Below are positions 1 through 11,673 of a stretch of DNA of 64,000 bases, in pieces. How positions within the stretch are numbered: the stretch's first letter is position 1; each line of letters begins with the position of its first letter. The notes under the pieces are model-generated. The model ran no database searches. It was not told the origin of the DNA and saw only the letters and a list, made by a program, of their open reading frames with translations. This DNA is from Octopus sinensis (taxonomy: Eukaryota). The stretch spans positions 171,120,001 through 171,184,000 of the forward strand of contig NC_042998.1 of NCBI RefSeq assembly GCF_006345805.1, given 5' to 3'. The position numbers were made by a program, and so were the translations under genes.

Positions 1-184
1 GGTTCCATGCTCTGTTAACTAGTAATTGCTTTGGAAATCAGGGTAATATGAAAAACTTGTGAAGGTCATGCCAGTCATTTATGGGTGCAGTTAGCAACAA
101 ATTTAGCATGCGGGTAGGTCTGTTAGGGCTCAGTCCCCTCCTGTTTATTTGTAGCCTTCCATTCCATAGGAACAGAGTTTAAGA

Positions 185-300
185 CATGCTCTCATATGAA
201 CTCTTGTATTCTTATAGTTGAATAAGTAGATTTAGAGAAGAAATTCCAAGTCTGGAAGCAAAACCTAGAATCAAGAGGCCTCAAAGTAAACTAAGGTTTT
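185..300 (+). mobile_element. RTE-clade LINE reverse-transcriptase fragment
   Basis: Translates LIVE*VDLEKKFQVWKQNLESRGLKVN, the region following the RT YADD motif. Confidence 0.6.
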
Positions 301-623
301 ATAAGTAGATACAGCACCAATGTGTGGAACCTTGAGCAAGCATCCTCTACCATATGGGTCCAGACTGATCAAAACCTTGAGTGGATTTGGTTAACAGAAA
401 CTGAAAGCCCATCATATTATTGTCTCCTTACCTTGACATTTTGTGTGAAAACATTTGATTATGGGGAAATGTTACTTTACTTGGAAGCAAGAGTATTTGA
501 ATGCAGAAAATCCACTTTAGCAAATTTTATCCAACCTATGTGCACATAGAAAAGTAGATGTTAAGATGATGAAAGAGTGAAGACAACTACCATTACATAT
601 ATATATATGGGAATGCTCATTAA

Positions 624-834
624 CCCTTTCGTTACTGTATTTATTTTGAGATGCTCTGTGTTTCTTTCAATAACTTTAAATATAACAAAAGATTTAGTAA
701 AATAACTTAGTTATCATTCAGCTAGTATTAGGAACATTAATTGTGACTAAGGTTTGGTGGAAGATTTTAATTAAAAACTTATGAAAACAAGACATTTGTA
801 GTACAGAGCCAGAGCCGGTTTGGTAACAAAAGGG
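624..834. mobile_element. piggyBac-type MITE
   Basis: TTAA|CCCTTTCGTTAC ... GTAACAAAAGGG|TTAA; TTAA TSD at 620-623 and 835-838. Confidence 0.85.
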
Positions 835-1849
835 TTAAACAGAAGAGAAGTAGGAAGAAATTCAAGAGGTAGTGCACTCAACATAAACTATAGATACATG
901 CAAGATGTGGAATCACAGAGAAGGTAGAATTTGTATGTGGCAGATGAACAGTAATAAAACATGAAAATTCCATCAAATACAAAAAGGTTGACCATAAGTA
1001 CTTGATACCTTTTGTTACCTAGGTAATCTAATTGGCAGTGGAGGTAAATATACAGAAAGCATAGGTGTTAGTAACTCCATCATCGAGTGTTTGTGGGGAG
1101 AAATATAAAGTTGTAGTTCCTCTGTCCTCTAATCATTGTCTACAGACTCGCAACGTTACCTGCTTCAAATATATAAACGTTAATAAAAAGGGAGGTAATT
1201 CTGAAGGTTTTTTGGATTAAATAGAAAACTAAGGATTACTTAACTATTAGATTTTATAAAATGGGGAAGGTTTTTTTTTTTTTTTTTTTTTTTTACTTAA
1301 CATATTTTCTGAACACTATATACAAAAAGTTCTTTAGTTTTTAGTGAGATGTATCTTTCATAACTGCAACTTTTCTATCCTTGCATGGATCAGATTTACT
1401 ATAGCTGTATGCCCTTTCTGTCACCTGTTTCCAAGCAAAGTAATACTTCTCCATAACTTGCAATTTCAACAAAAGATAGAAAATGAACAAAACACTTGTA
1501 TAAAACTATCATGAAAGATTAAAAGAAAGGACAGAAAGCAGACTTATAAAAAGGCAGACAGGCACTCCAGGAGCAGTGTTAGTAAATTTCTTGAAGGATG
1601 AGGTTTCTTGATAGCTAACAAATGACATGGGTTGTTTATTTCATGTTTTGACAATTCCCTTTGTGAAAAAGATTCTGGAGATCATGGATGCTGTGCTCCT
1701 TTTTGATTTTGTAACTATGCCCACAAAGTGGTAGTGGTAAAAAGATACAAATGCATGTAAAGTATATGCATTAAAATTTTTTAATTCATATTTTCTATTT
1801 TCCTTGTTTCTAAATTAATAAAAAAAGAAAAAAGAGACAAAAATATACA

Positions 1850-3245
1850 ATTTCTTAGAACAAGTATTTTATTTACAGATATAGCCATTTTTCTTCCTTT
1901 TTTTTTTTTTTTTTTTCAGAATCAAAACATTTTAGGCTACATTATGGTTTTATTATAAAAATAGAAATATTAGGGAGAGAGAGAGAGAGAAAATAGAATA
2001 TAAATTTAGCTCTGGGAGCATGACAAGATTTAAGAGCAAGATAAGATTGTCGTATGTGGCAAGAAAATAAAAGTGTACGTATTTATAATTTGATATTTTG
2101 CATATTAAAAATATTTAAAGTGGAAGTCGAACATTCAGTTAACTTAACGTGTCTTGAAACTTAACTACCAATTTAATAGAGAGACAGCCAACAAGTGATT
2201 CTGAGAAACTTGCATTTTTTAGGCAAGTCAATTTGCTTGTACACATTTTAATTTGTTACTGAGAGATGTGTGTACACACATACATATACAGTACTGAAAC
2301 AAAAAGCTACAAAAAAAAACCAAAAAAACATTTATCTGCTATAGAAGTTCATATGTACAAATCTAAGGTGGGGAAAAAAAAATTTTAAAAAGCTCTTCTA
2401 ACATATGTACAAATATTCTGAGCACTTTTACCAGTTATTTAAGTTACTACTGCACACCTAATATACAGATATAACAATAATATACTGTATTCACTTGTCT
2501 TTTGATTTTTGGACTACTTTAAGTTAGAGTTTACTTAAGAAAAACAGCATACATTCTTTTTCAAATCTTTAAAAACCTAATTAAAAAGTAGTGTTATTTC
2601 TGTATGTGGTGCTATTTAATGATAACTGGTTTTCAGTTTATAAACCTTAGAAGGTTTATTACATTTGCTTGAAAGTTTCAGTGAAATTTAAGAGAAAGGA
2701 AAGGAAGGTGTACTTCCCAATAGTATCTTGTGTAATTTGTAAAACAAAACTTAGTGAGAAATATTTATAATTATTTTTACAAGTTTCAGTCATCGAAATT
2801 AAATTCTACAAAAATATATAGAAATCCTAACTTATTTCTTATCTTGAATCTCAACTTTCAGACAACATTAAGAATGCACAATGGAAGTTTATAGACACCA
2901 CAGAACAAAAAGTGGTTTGGTTTAAATAAGAGCAGAATAATCACACTAAATGCAAAATAAAAATTAATTTACAGAAATTTTTAAGCATCACATATTCATA
3001 ATTTGAAAATTAGTTTGTCTGCAATATTTTTCAAATGAGGTAACTGCAGATGCATTCATTCAATCAGATTGTCAGATATCCAAAATATTAAAGGAATACA
3101 TACTGACAAAACAAAAGTTCTTAGGATTATAGAATCCAATGTTTATCACACAAGGACATGGTTTACAATAACAAATTATTTACAAGCCAAAATATTACTA
3201 AATAATTTGAGAGGAAAACAAAAAAGTTGGTCTATAAGCTTCTGT
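1850..3245 (-). other. WEE1: Probable Wee1 3'UTR with poly(A) signals at 1949-1954 and 1868-1873
   Basis: Minus-strand AATAAA at 1868-1873 followed by a U/GU-rich tract (about 1810-1845); second AATAAA at 1949-1954. The 3' end is inferred, not mapped. Confidence 0.55.
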
Positions 3246-3369
3246 TTAGATATCCGACAAACTGTAACTCCGTTTAATGCCATGGCCTATTAATCTCGAA
3301 GATTTACATTTCTGTCCTAAACAGTTATCAGTTGGAATTTTACAGCAGCACTTTTTGGATTCTAGTTGC
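3246..3369 (-). CDS. WEE1: Wee1 last coding exon (124 nt to TAA)
   Basis: QLESKKCCCKIPTDNCLGQKCKSSRLIGHGIKRSYSLSDI*; SRLIG..RS.SL matches the WEE1 C-terminal 14-3-3-type tail; total CDS 1908 nt is divisible by 3. Confidence 0.93.
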
Positions 3370-4355
3370 CTACAAAAAAGGGGGAAAAAAAGGAATCAGT
3401 AAAAAGTAAACAAAAACAGACCCCAATTACCAACATATGATATAGCTTCTATCTAATTATCTGATTTACATTAATTAAAAAAAGATTCATGTAGGATATG
3501 AGAAAAGATTAGATTACATTAACTTTATGACATACACCCATACATACATCTAATATAAATGCAAAAACTAATTTCTGTGTATCAGAGACCTCCTCTTTCA
3601 TTATTCAATGACACTCCCATCATTCCACATGATGTGGTGAGAGTAATAGTAGGCATAGTGGCGATGAGGGTGGTGGCAAAGACAGAGGGAAATAGAGAAA
3701 GAAATTTAGGGAGAGTTAATGTTTTATTAAAAGTAGTAGTGTTGATGGTGGCAGTGGGAATAATAATAAGAGAGAGAGGGAAATGATGTACAACTTTGTT
3801 TAACCATGCCTCCTTGACAGAAATTAGTGTGGCCAACATACTGAACACCATGGTTGTTTTATTTTTTGATTTCTTCAATAATATATGTATGTTTCAAAAG
3901 CATGGAGCCATAGAGAAATTTTTTGATGTGCTGCAAACATTACATTACCACATTATTTGGAGTGGCTTCATGTAAAGCCATCACTAAATGTGAATATTCT
4001 GCATAGGCACACACACAAATTTACATTCAATTTTCATTTACAATTCCACTTACAAGACATTGATTTGGACTGGACCTATAGAAGGCACTTGCCCAGGCTG
4101 TGGCACAGTGGTGTACCATAGCTTATTTTACATAAATCTCATCACACACTTTAGCTATAATTGTATGGATGCCCCTACATAAACCCATCCCTGATCAAGA
4201 CAAATAGGGGAAAGCTAAGTAGCGCTATGTAAATAATGCCAGCATACAAAAAGAAAAAAAAACACAAGCACATCAAAACAATAATTATCACTTACAGGAT
4301 AGAAGGATTCAATATACTTAGTTTGTGTTTAAATAAAAAGAAACATCACACTTAC

Positions 4356-4501
4356 TTTGAGAGTAACCGGTTCCTAAGTTTTTCTTCATTTAATTCTTTG
4401 CAAAGTTGAGTTTTAGTTTTCATTGCTTGTGGACATAAAACTTGGCTTTTGGTGAGAGCAAATGCAGTTGGTCGATATTCCGCATTTACATGAACCATGG
4501 T
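4356..4501 (-). CDS. WEE1: Wee1 coding exon 9 (146 nt; end of kinase domain, coiled coil)
   Basis: TMVHVNAEYRPTAFALTKSQVLCPQAMKTKTQLCKELNEEKLRNRLLSK; acceptor tctattcttag, donor AA|GTAAGT. Confidence 0.95.
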
Positions 4502-4609
4502 CTAAGAATAGAAAATGTCAGACTTATCAAACATTTGATTTTATTATTGATGGGATAAAGCAAGCATTTGCAGCAGACATCTGAGCGGGATCACTGCCAA
4601 AGCAGCTGT

Positions 4610-4940
4610 CTAGCTTCTGTGCCGGTGGCACATAAAAAGCACCATTTGAGTGTGATCGTTACTAGCGCCGCTGGACTGACTCCTGTGTAGGTGGCATGTA
4701 AAAAACGCCATTTTTAAGTGTGGCCGTTGCCAGTACTGCCAGACTGGCCCTCATGCCAGTGGCACGTAAAAGCACCCACTACACTCTCGGAGTGGTTGGC
4801 ATTATGAAGGGCGTCCAGCTGTAGAAACTCTGCCAGATCAGATTGGAGTCTGGTGCAGCTATCTGGTTCGCCAGTCCTCAGTCAAGTCGTCCAACCCATG
4901 ATAGCATGGAAAGCGGATGTTAAATAATGATGACGATGAT
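4610..4940 (+). mobile_element. SINE / short retroelement with RTE-type 3' tail (family C)
   Basis: gtggcacgtaaaagcacccactacactctcggagtggttggc...gcatggaaagcggatgttaaa plus (GAT)n tail; homologous copies elsewhere in the window. Confidence 0.8.
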
Positions 4941-5639
4941 TATTAATATATTACATAACAGTTAGCCTAAACTGCCATCTTGCTCTCTTTGAGGACAAGA
5001 TGGGAAATACAAAAGAATTAAACACTCAAGTATATATAACTTTTGTGAAGGCTAAAAGTATCAGTGATGGAACAGTTACAACTGATAATTAAAGATATTG
5101 AAAAACCAAATGATACAAAAGCACAGAGTTTTGTATAGAATTCACAGTAGAAAACAACACTTCTTTCTCACTCATGAAGATCTACAATGACTCATAAAAG
5201 TTAATGTAGAAATTTACACAAAAGCTTTTAAAGTGATTATGAAGTTGGGACTTGTTCAAAGAAGCAGGTTTTGCTATTTAGCTCCAATTCAAGCCAGTTA
5301 AGCATACTCTATCCATGGCCACCTCGTTTCTAAAACAGTATTAATTAATGTGTCCTTATCTTATTCAAGGCAAAGATGGGGGGTGGGGGTGTTAATTGCT
5401 AGAAAATAAAGTGGGAAGGGATAATATCGAGAATGAGGAATGGATTTTAAAAGGATGTGGTTCCAAGAAAAGGGGGAGATAACTTGTAGTACAAAGAGAG
5501 GAATGAAATGTGCATATTCTGATATTCTGTGGTTATATGATTATGGCAGCTGAATAGTGTAGTTAAAATGAGAGGTGAGGAAAGCTTGATGAGGACAGAT
5601 TGGGTTCAGGGACAGTGCCCAGTGAGTGTTTACATATAA

Positions 5640-5935
5640 ACGTAATGCTTGTAGGACCTCATTGAGCCAGATGGATCTTCAGAGGCAATGTGAATTGCCA
5701 ATCCTCTCGGTCATTTGTTATCTCTATGAGGCTCAACATCTTGAGATCAGCCTTCACTACTTCATCCCATGTATTCATGGGTTTATCTATCCTTCAAGTT
5801 CCATCCAAATTTAGTGACTGGTACTTCTTTATAGAGCTGTTCTCATTCATATGCATCACATAAGCATACCAGCAGCCTTCCCTCTTGCACACCTGAGCAC
5901 AAGACTTCAATACAAATATCAACCCTTGTCAGTAA
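5640..5935 (-). mobile_element. Degenerate RTE LINE 3' coding end
   Basis: Broken translation resembling the VQERRL...WDEVVKADL end; homologous to 28975-29190. Confidence 0.55.
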
Positions 5936-6464
5936 TCTAACTCTTGGACATGCAACCATCCATCAATACATACGTGGAAAACCAAAGAAAACAAAGTTTT
6001 GAAAGCAGAGCTCAAGAAGCTAAACCCCATAAAGGAGAAGGGAAAAGCTCATTGTGAAACACTGCATTAGAAAAGACCAATCCAAGTAGGGAAAATGGAC
6101 ATAAAAATAATGAGAAAGAGGGAGAGCAAGCAACTATGTAGCCTGATCAGGAAAACTGCAATGCTGGGCTTAGCCCAAGAATAGTCTTTGGGAGTTATTT
6201 TAATTGAAGAATATATTTAAGGTTTGAAGACAAAACCTATATTTATTTATGAGATATTGAAACAGCATGACGTTATTTAAAATTCTGCGAGTATGAGTTT
6301 GAATATTAATAGACAAGGAAAAAGTGTCTATGCTTTTTGATGTAAACTTTATTCTTGCTTTTTCTTTCTAGAATAAAACTGACGAGACAACAGATTGCCT
6401 CAGTTATTTTATAAGAGATAACGAATTTACTATGTTTCATGCAAATAAAAGGAGAACTACTTAC

Positions 6465-6572
6465 ATTTAACAGCTTATTAAATTCAGCAGAGTAATGTGA
6501 TAAATATGGCAAACCATCTTCTCGAATACTGTGCCAAAGGTCACCATTCTTTGGTAAAGGACCACCACCACC
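6465..6572 (-). CDS. WEE1: Wee1 coding exon 8 (108 nt)
   Basis: GGGGPLPKNGDLWHSIREDGLPYLSHYSAEFNKLLN; acceptor ttttatttcag, donor AAT|GTAAGT. Confidence 0.96.
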
Positions 6573-6830
6573 CTGAAATAAAAGATGCACAAGAATAGTT
6601 ACAATCCTATGATTTGAGACAATTGGTGTCGTCCTATCTCCTTCAAAACCTATTTCAAGCAAAATTATTCTCAAAGAGATTGTAAATGAGTAAACCGACC
6701 TTAATTACTAGTATTTATTCTATGAAGATTTTAAATACAAAAACTAAAAAAATCTATTAGGGATTTAATTTGATGTGTTAACTGCACCAGTTCTATATAG
6801 AATAACGGAAGATTTCATTTTCTACATTTA

Positions 6831-7014
6831 TGTGCTGGTGGCATGTAAAAAGCACCCACTACACTCACGGAGTGGTTGGCGTTAGGAAGGGCATCCAACT
6901 GTAGAAACACTGTCAGATGAGACTGGAGCCTGGTGCAGCCTTCTGGCTTCCCAGATCCTGGTCAAACCGTCCAACCCATGCTAGCATGGAAAACGGACGT
7001 TAAACGATGATGAT
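6831..7014 (+). mobile_element. Family C RTE-tail SINE
   Basis: Same tail ending ggacgttaaacgatgatg. Confidence 0.85.
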
Positions 7015-7891
7015 TTTAACACAATTTCAGAATATTGCAGTTCTTTCTTGGTTATTTTGCTATACTAGAACTGGTGCATACTTGGAAATATTTGTGACTG
7101 TGGTTACTACATAAACAATACTAAAGTGAACAGTGATAAAACACCACTGTTGCTGCTAATCCTTAAATATATTGATAATTCAACAGTTTTAAAAATAAAA
7201 GAAACATTGTTAGTACTCCTTTTCTCCTAATGGTTTGAAATTAACCATATTGCTCTACATTTGCACTCTTAACCTTTCTAGATGAAGCTACCATCAGAGA
7301 AAGAGAGAGAGACCTATCTATCTCTCACAATAGACACATTGAGTTTAGTGTTAAACTAAGTAGTACTGTATTCAAGTAAAAGATTATTGTTCTATGGAAG
7401 CATTACATTCCTGAAAATCTTGCTGTTCTAAATAATTCCATAACTCAAAACATGTAATATGGGAGCCCGATTTCCTTTTTAATGCCTTAGAAGAAAAAAA
7501 AAAACATTTTGACAATAGCATTATCTTAGATGGTGTCTCAAATATCTCCAAACATCCGTGCTAACCTTATAGATGATAGGAACTTACTGTGAGTTTTTCT
7601 TTATCACTACTAGTAGACTCATGGAAGCATTTCAGGTTACAAATACAAGCCACTTACAAAGTATCACCACTGCCTGTAGGTGTGATATGTTAACTCTGCA
7701 TGGTACCTATTTATAGCTAAATAGACACAGCCATTTGAAGTTAAAATTGTGGTACTGATGACTGTATACAAACTGAATCTTTATTACTCAAACACATTTA
7801 TGTTTCTAATAAAAGAATTGGAAGAACTTGTCTAAAACAGCTTTTATCAATGGGTTATGGTAATGCCACAAGGAAAGAGTTCACAACTTAC

Positions 7892-8037
7892 CATTTCATA
7901 AGCAGTAAGTCCTAATGAGAAGATATCAGCCTTGTATAAATTCCTAAAATCTTCAGCTAAAATTTCTTTTGGGAGATAATGACAGTCTCCTTCTTCGACT
8001 CTAGGATTTGAAACTTTCGTCACATGTCCTAAATCTC
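7892..8037 (-). CDS. WEE1: Wee1 coding exon 7 (146 nt; DLG and EGD motifs)
   Basis: DLGHVTKVSNPRVEEGDCHYLPKEILAEDFRNLYKADIFSLGLTAYEM; DLG in place of DFG is typical of the Wee1 family. Confidence 0.97.
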
Positions 8038-8229
8038 CTGCAGAATACAATGTAATGGAATAATAGTCAATTGTATTATTTTATTAGAAGCAACAATCTA
8101 TGAGGAACAAAAAATAAAAATAAAAACTTTGCCATTGACCAACTAAGAAAACATTACATAACTAATGCTATGAAACTAGTCACTTGGCATTTAAGGGTTA
8201 GAATAATGACCATTTCCAAGAATTTCTTC

Positions 8230-8680
8230 TTTTTTTTTAGGTATAAAAAAGTCAAGAGAAAGTGTAACACCCATGACTCAGCTCAGAGCCACCAAGAAGG
8301 GAGAAAGTTATCCCCTGTCCAGACAGAGACTTGGCCTGATGGTTTGCAAGAATGGACTCTATTAAAGGTATTTCAAGACCAGGTAGTGATGTTAAATCAG
8401 GCAATGGATTAAGCTCGCCATCAAAGAATAGGAACTGGCCATTTGATGAACTTCTACATTGTTTCTGTCAACCAAATTTTTCTCACAAGACTGCTTGACT
8501 TGTAAAAGACATCTTTCCAAAATGATGTAGTATGAGATTGAAAAAACTCCACATAACTGCAATAGCAAACTTCTCAAACCACAATAACTAATTGAACTAA
8601 AGTTTGTTGAATTAAATCTCCTGCTCAGAAACAAGATGGACTGTCTGGCACATTTGAAATTCATTCGCTGGTGGTCCAAA
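8230..8680 (-). mobile_element. Probable degenerate L1-clade LINE remnant
   Basis: Stop-ridden frame FWKDVFYKSSSLVRKIW..KFIKWP resembles L1/Tx1 post-RT sequence. Confidence 0.3.
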
Positions 8681-9023
8681 GAGTGGGGGTGACAGGGTCA
8701 GTATTCTTATTAAAAAAAAACCCCCAAACATCACATACATGACCAAGTCTCCAGTTAGCTCTACAGTTAACCAAAGCTATACTATATAATAATATAAAGT
8801 TATATACAGCATTGCCAAATTGGTTTGCAACATAAAGTTCAATTCTACTAGTAGAAAAAGTTACTTTATCATTACGTTTAAAACTAGGACACTGGAAAGA
8901 AGCACTGCTCCAGAGAGTCTCATGATTAGAAAAAAAAAAAAAGCCTAACTTTTAACAATATAATATCTACTCTGCAAAATATTTACAATAAGATTACTTT
9001 TGCTATAACTCAACAGTACCTAC

Positions 9024-9122
9024 CTATTTTATAGGTGATTTGCGGAGAGAAATCTGGATCATCTTCGCTACATGATTCTGTCCCACTTTCAACTGTTTCT
9101 TCTTTGTGGACAAAAATATTGC
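9024..9122 (-). CDS. WEE1: Wee1 coding exon 6 (99 nt; acidic kinase insert)
   Basis: NIFVHKEETVESGTESCSEDDPDFSPQITYKIG; acceptor ttattttag, donor G|GTAGGT. Confidence 0.95.
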   Translation of the reverse strand, partial: AIFLSTKKKQLKVGQNHVAKMIQISLRKSPIK

Positions 9123-9298
9123 CTAAAATAATAAAAAACCATTAAAATTTAAAATGTAAACAATACAAAACAGAAATTAGAATAAACTTACATGCTCATT
9201 AGTACTTTTGAGGAAGGTTGATGCTCACAGCCTATTCTAGGCAAAAGTTAGGGATAGGATAACTGGAAGAAGTTTAAGACACCTGACCACTTAAATCC

Positions 9299-9590
9299 AC
9301 CATCATCGTTTAACGTCCGTTTTCCATGCTGGCAAGGGTTGGACGATTTGACTGGGGACTGGCAGGCCAGGAGGCCGCACAATGCTCTAATCTAATCTGG
9401 CTATGTTTCTACAGGTGGATGCCCTTCCTAATGCCAACCACTCCAAGAGAGTAGTGGGTAATTTTTACATACCACTGGCATTGAGCCCATTTGGATGGTG
9501 CTTTTATGTGCCACCGGCATGGGGAGCCTGTCAGACGGCACTGGCAACATCCACGAATGAATGGTGCTACACCTGTTCTCACTTTCGACC
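9299..9590 (-). mobile_element. Family C RTE-tail SINE
   Basis: catcatcgtttaacgtccgttttccatgc...gcccttcctaatgccaaccac, reverse complement of the 6831 copy. Confidence 0.85.
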
Positions 9591-10734
9591 TGTCATCAAA
9601 CATTCAAGCATGTTAAAATTGTTACCCCTACTGGGGGTAGGAGTAGGTGTTGTGAGTATAAGAATTACGGATATCGTAAAAACGTAAATTTAAGCATGAT
9701 TATAAGTAAGTAAATCAATAAAGATAGATAAAGGAGAATATGAATATCAATATGTGAATGTTAGAATAAGATGGGCAGCTAAACTAGTTGCATTTGTCCT
9801 GGGAGGGAGAGAGGGAGGAGATTGCAGATATGATAGAGGATACCACCAGTGAGGGAGGGATTTTCTGGTGAGAGAAGAGAGATATGTGGAAATTGGTGGT
9901 TGCACTGTGAACAAGCAAAGGTTAATTTAGGGAGATGGCACAAAAAAATATGTAGCCAACTTGAGAGCACAAGAGGGAAGGAGAGATTTCATTTAGAAAA
10001 TTACATGAAGAATTAAGGTGAAACGAAGGCTGAGAGAGAGGGAGGGAGGGAGAGAAGGAGAGAGAGGGAAAGAGAAAAGGAAGTTATATATTGAAGGGTC
10101 AATTTAAATAACTGGCTTACGAAAGTAGATATTAGTAAATAGTACACATTAAAAAGTATTAGTAAATGAATGCGTGAAAAGATAAAAAAAAACAAGAGAA
10201 TATCTTAGCAATGTATAACTGGGCACCCAAGAAGCATCTATGTTGGAATGAATTGCATGAAAAACAGTGCGAATAAATATAATTTCACTTCTGAATAGCA
10301 AATAACATCAAAAGAGGAATTTATGTTTTTATAGAGCTGTACATTTTTATGCAAGTGAACTTATTGCTAGGTGCCACAACCCAACTTGTATTGTACAAGT
10401 TGGTTGCTGTTGAGGTTAAAGATGGACAGGATGTCTATTTCAGGAGCCAGTTCTGAGAGAGAAAAGACTGAGGAGTGTGTAGATTAGAAACTGAGACCCT
10501 GTGAGATGAGTGAAGTGGTGAGTACAAGAAGGAGCAAAAGTTAAAAGAGTATCAGAATGGTATCAGTATAAAGAGTTGAGAAAGGATACAGAGTAAAGTG
10601 ACTGATGGTTACAAAATGTGGATAGCTGAAAGGACAGCATTGAGTGAAGGAATGGAGAAAAGATGCTCTCTTCCTGAGGTGTGTGATGCTGAATATTATC
10701 TCTGTAAAGAAATCATAAAGAATCTCATACATAC

Positions 10735-10863
10735 CTGGTTTTATGTCAAGGTGGACTAAACCTTTAGAATGTATGTATTTAAGTCCATTAGCAATTTGAA
10801 ATATGATGTGTTTTAAGTTTCTTTGTGATGCTGGTTTCTGAACAGCTTCTGCTAAATTGCCAC
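10735..10863 (-). CDS. WEE1: Wee1 coding exon 5 (129 nt; catalytic loop HLDIKP)
   Basis: GGNLAEAVQKPASQRNLKHIIFQIANGLKYIHSKGLVHLDIKPG; acceptor ttttctttag, donor G|GTATGT. Confidence 0.96.
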
Positions 10864-11551
10864 CTAAAGAAAAGATAAAATTAATTTGTACTTACTGTTT
10901 TTCTTTAAACAGATCAATAAAAAAAAATATATATATAATAAAATAAACTGAAGTATTCTTGGCTAAAATGCATGTTTATCTCAATACAAAGAAACAATGC
11001 TCTCATTTTCCAAAGAAAGAAAAATGAAGTGTGGTAAATAAAGGTGCTATACTGTTCCTAGATGATGCTTGAATTCAAACATTTCACCTGCTATTATGTA
11101 GCTACTGTGGGTATGATTCATAATTACTTGTCCTACAATATCAATCTGACAAGTATCATACTTCAAAGTTGTCTTTGCATGGAAAAGAATGGAAGGAAAG
11201 CAATAAAATGTTCTTAGCCCCAGGCAAGCCTTGCTCAACAAACCTATGAATAAAGGTATTCCAACGGTGACTATGTTGCCTTTTTGTTTTCAGATATATC
11301 AAGGGCTATTCAACATGTCCTTTTGTTAAGACCTCAAGATGTGATTCAATGGTAGTTTGGCTGCTAACTAAAGCATGTTAAGACACTACAAAAAGCTCCC
11401 TCAGACTGTAAATAGCAGGTAGTTTATGACACTCAGTGATGCCTATTATTAGTGATGTCTTTTAATGAGACAATATTGTGGTTTAAATGGGATGAAGGAA
11501 TCTCCATCAACCAACTGCTATATTTATGAAATGAAACTAGCATCCACTTAC

Positions 11552-11673
11552 CATTGCAAAATTCATTTTGTATATACATATGGTCATCTTCTGCCCAAGC
11601 TGAATAGTAGCGTACAACATGGCGATGCTGTCCTAACACTGCATGTGCATAAACTTCATTCAAAGCAACACGT
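11552..11673 (-). CDS. WEE1: Wee1 coding exon 4 (122 nt)
   Basis: [41 protein letters not shown], the Wee1 subdomain III-V signature; AG/GT flanks. Confidence 0.97.

Noticed and set aside
3559-3878. 75- and 98-aa hydrophobic ORFs in the last Wee1 intron
   Set aside because: Low-complexity intronic sequence with no family motifs or splice support
6306-6674. 122-aa ORF as a separate gene
   Set aside because: Wee1 exon 8 with in-frame intron flanks
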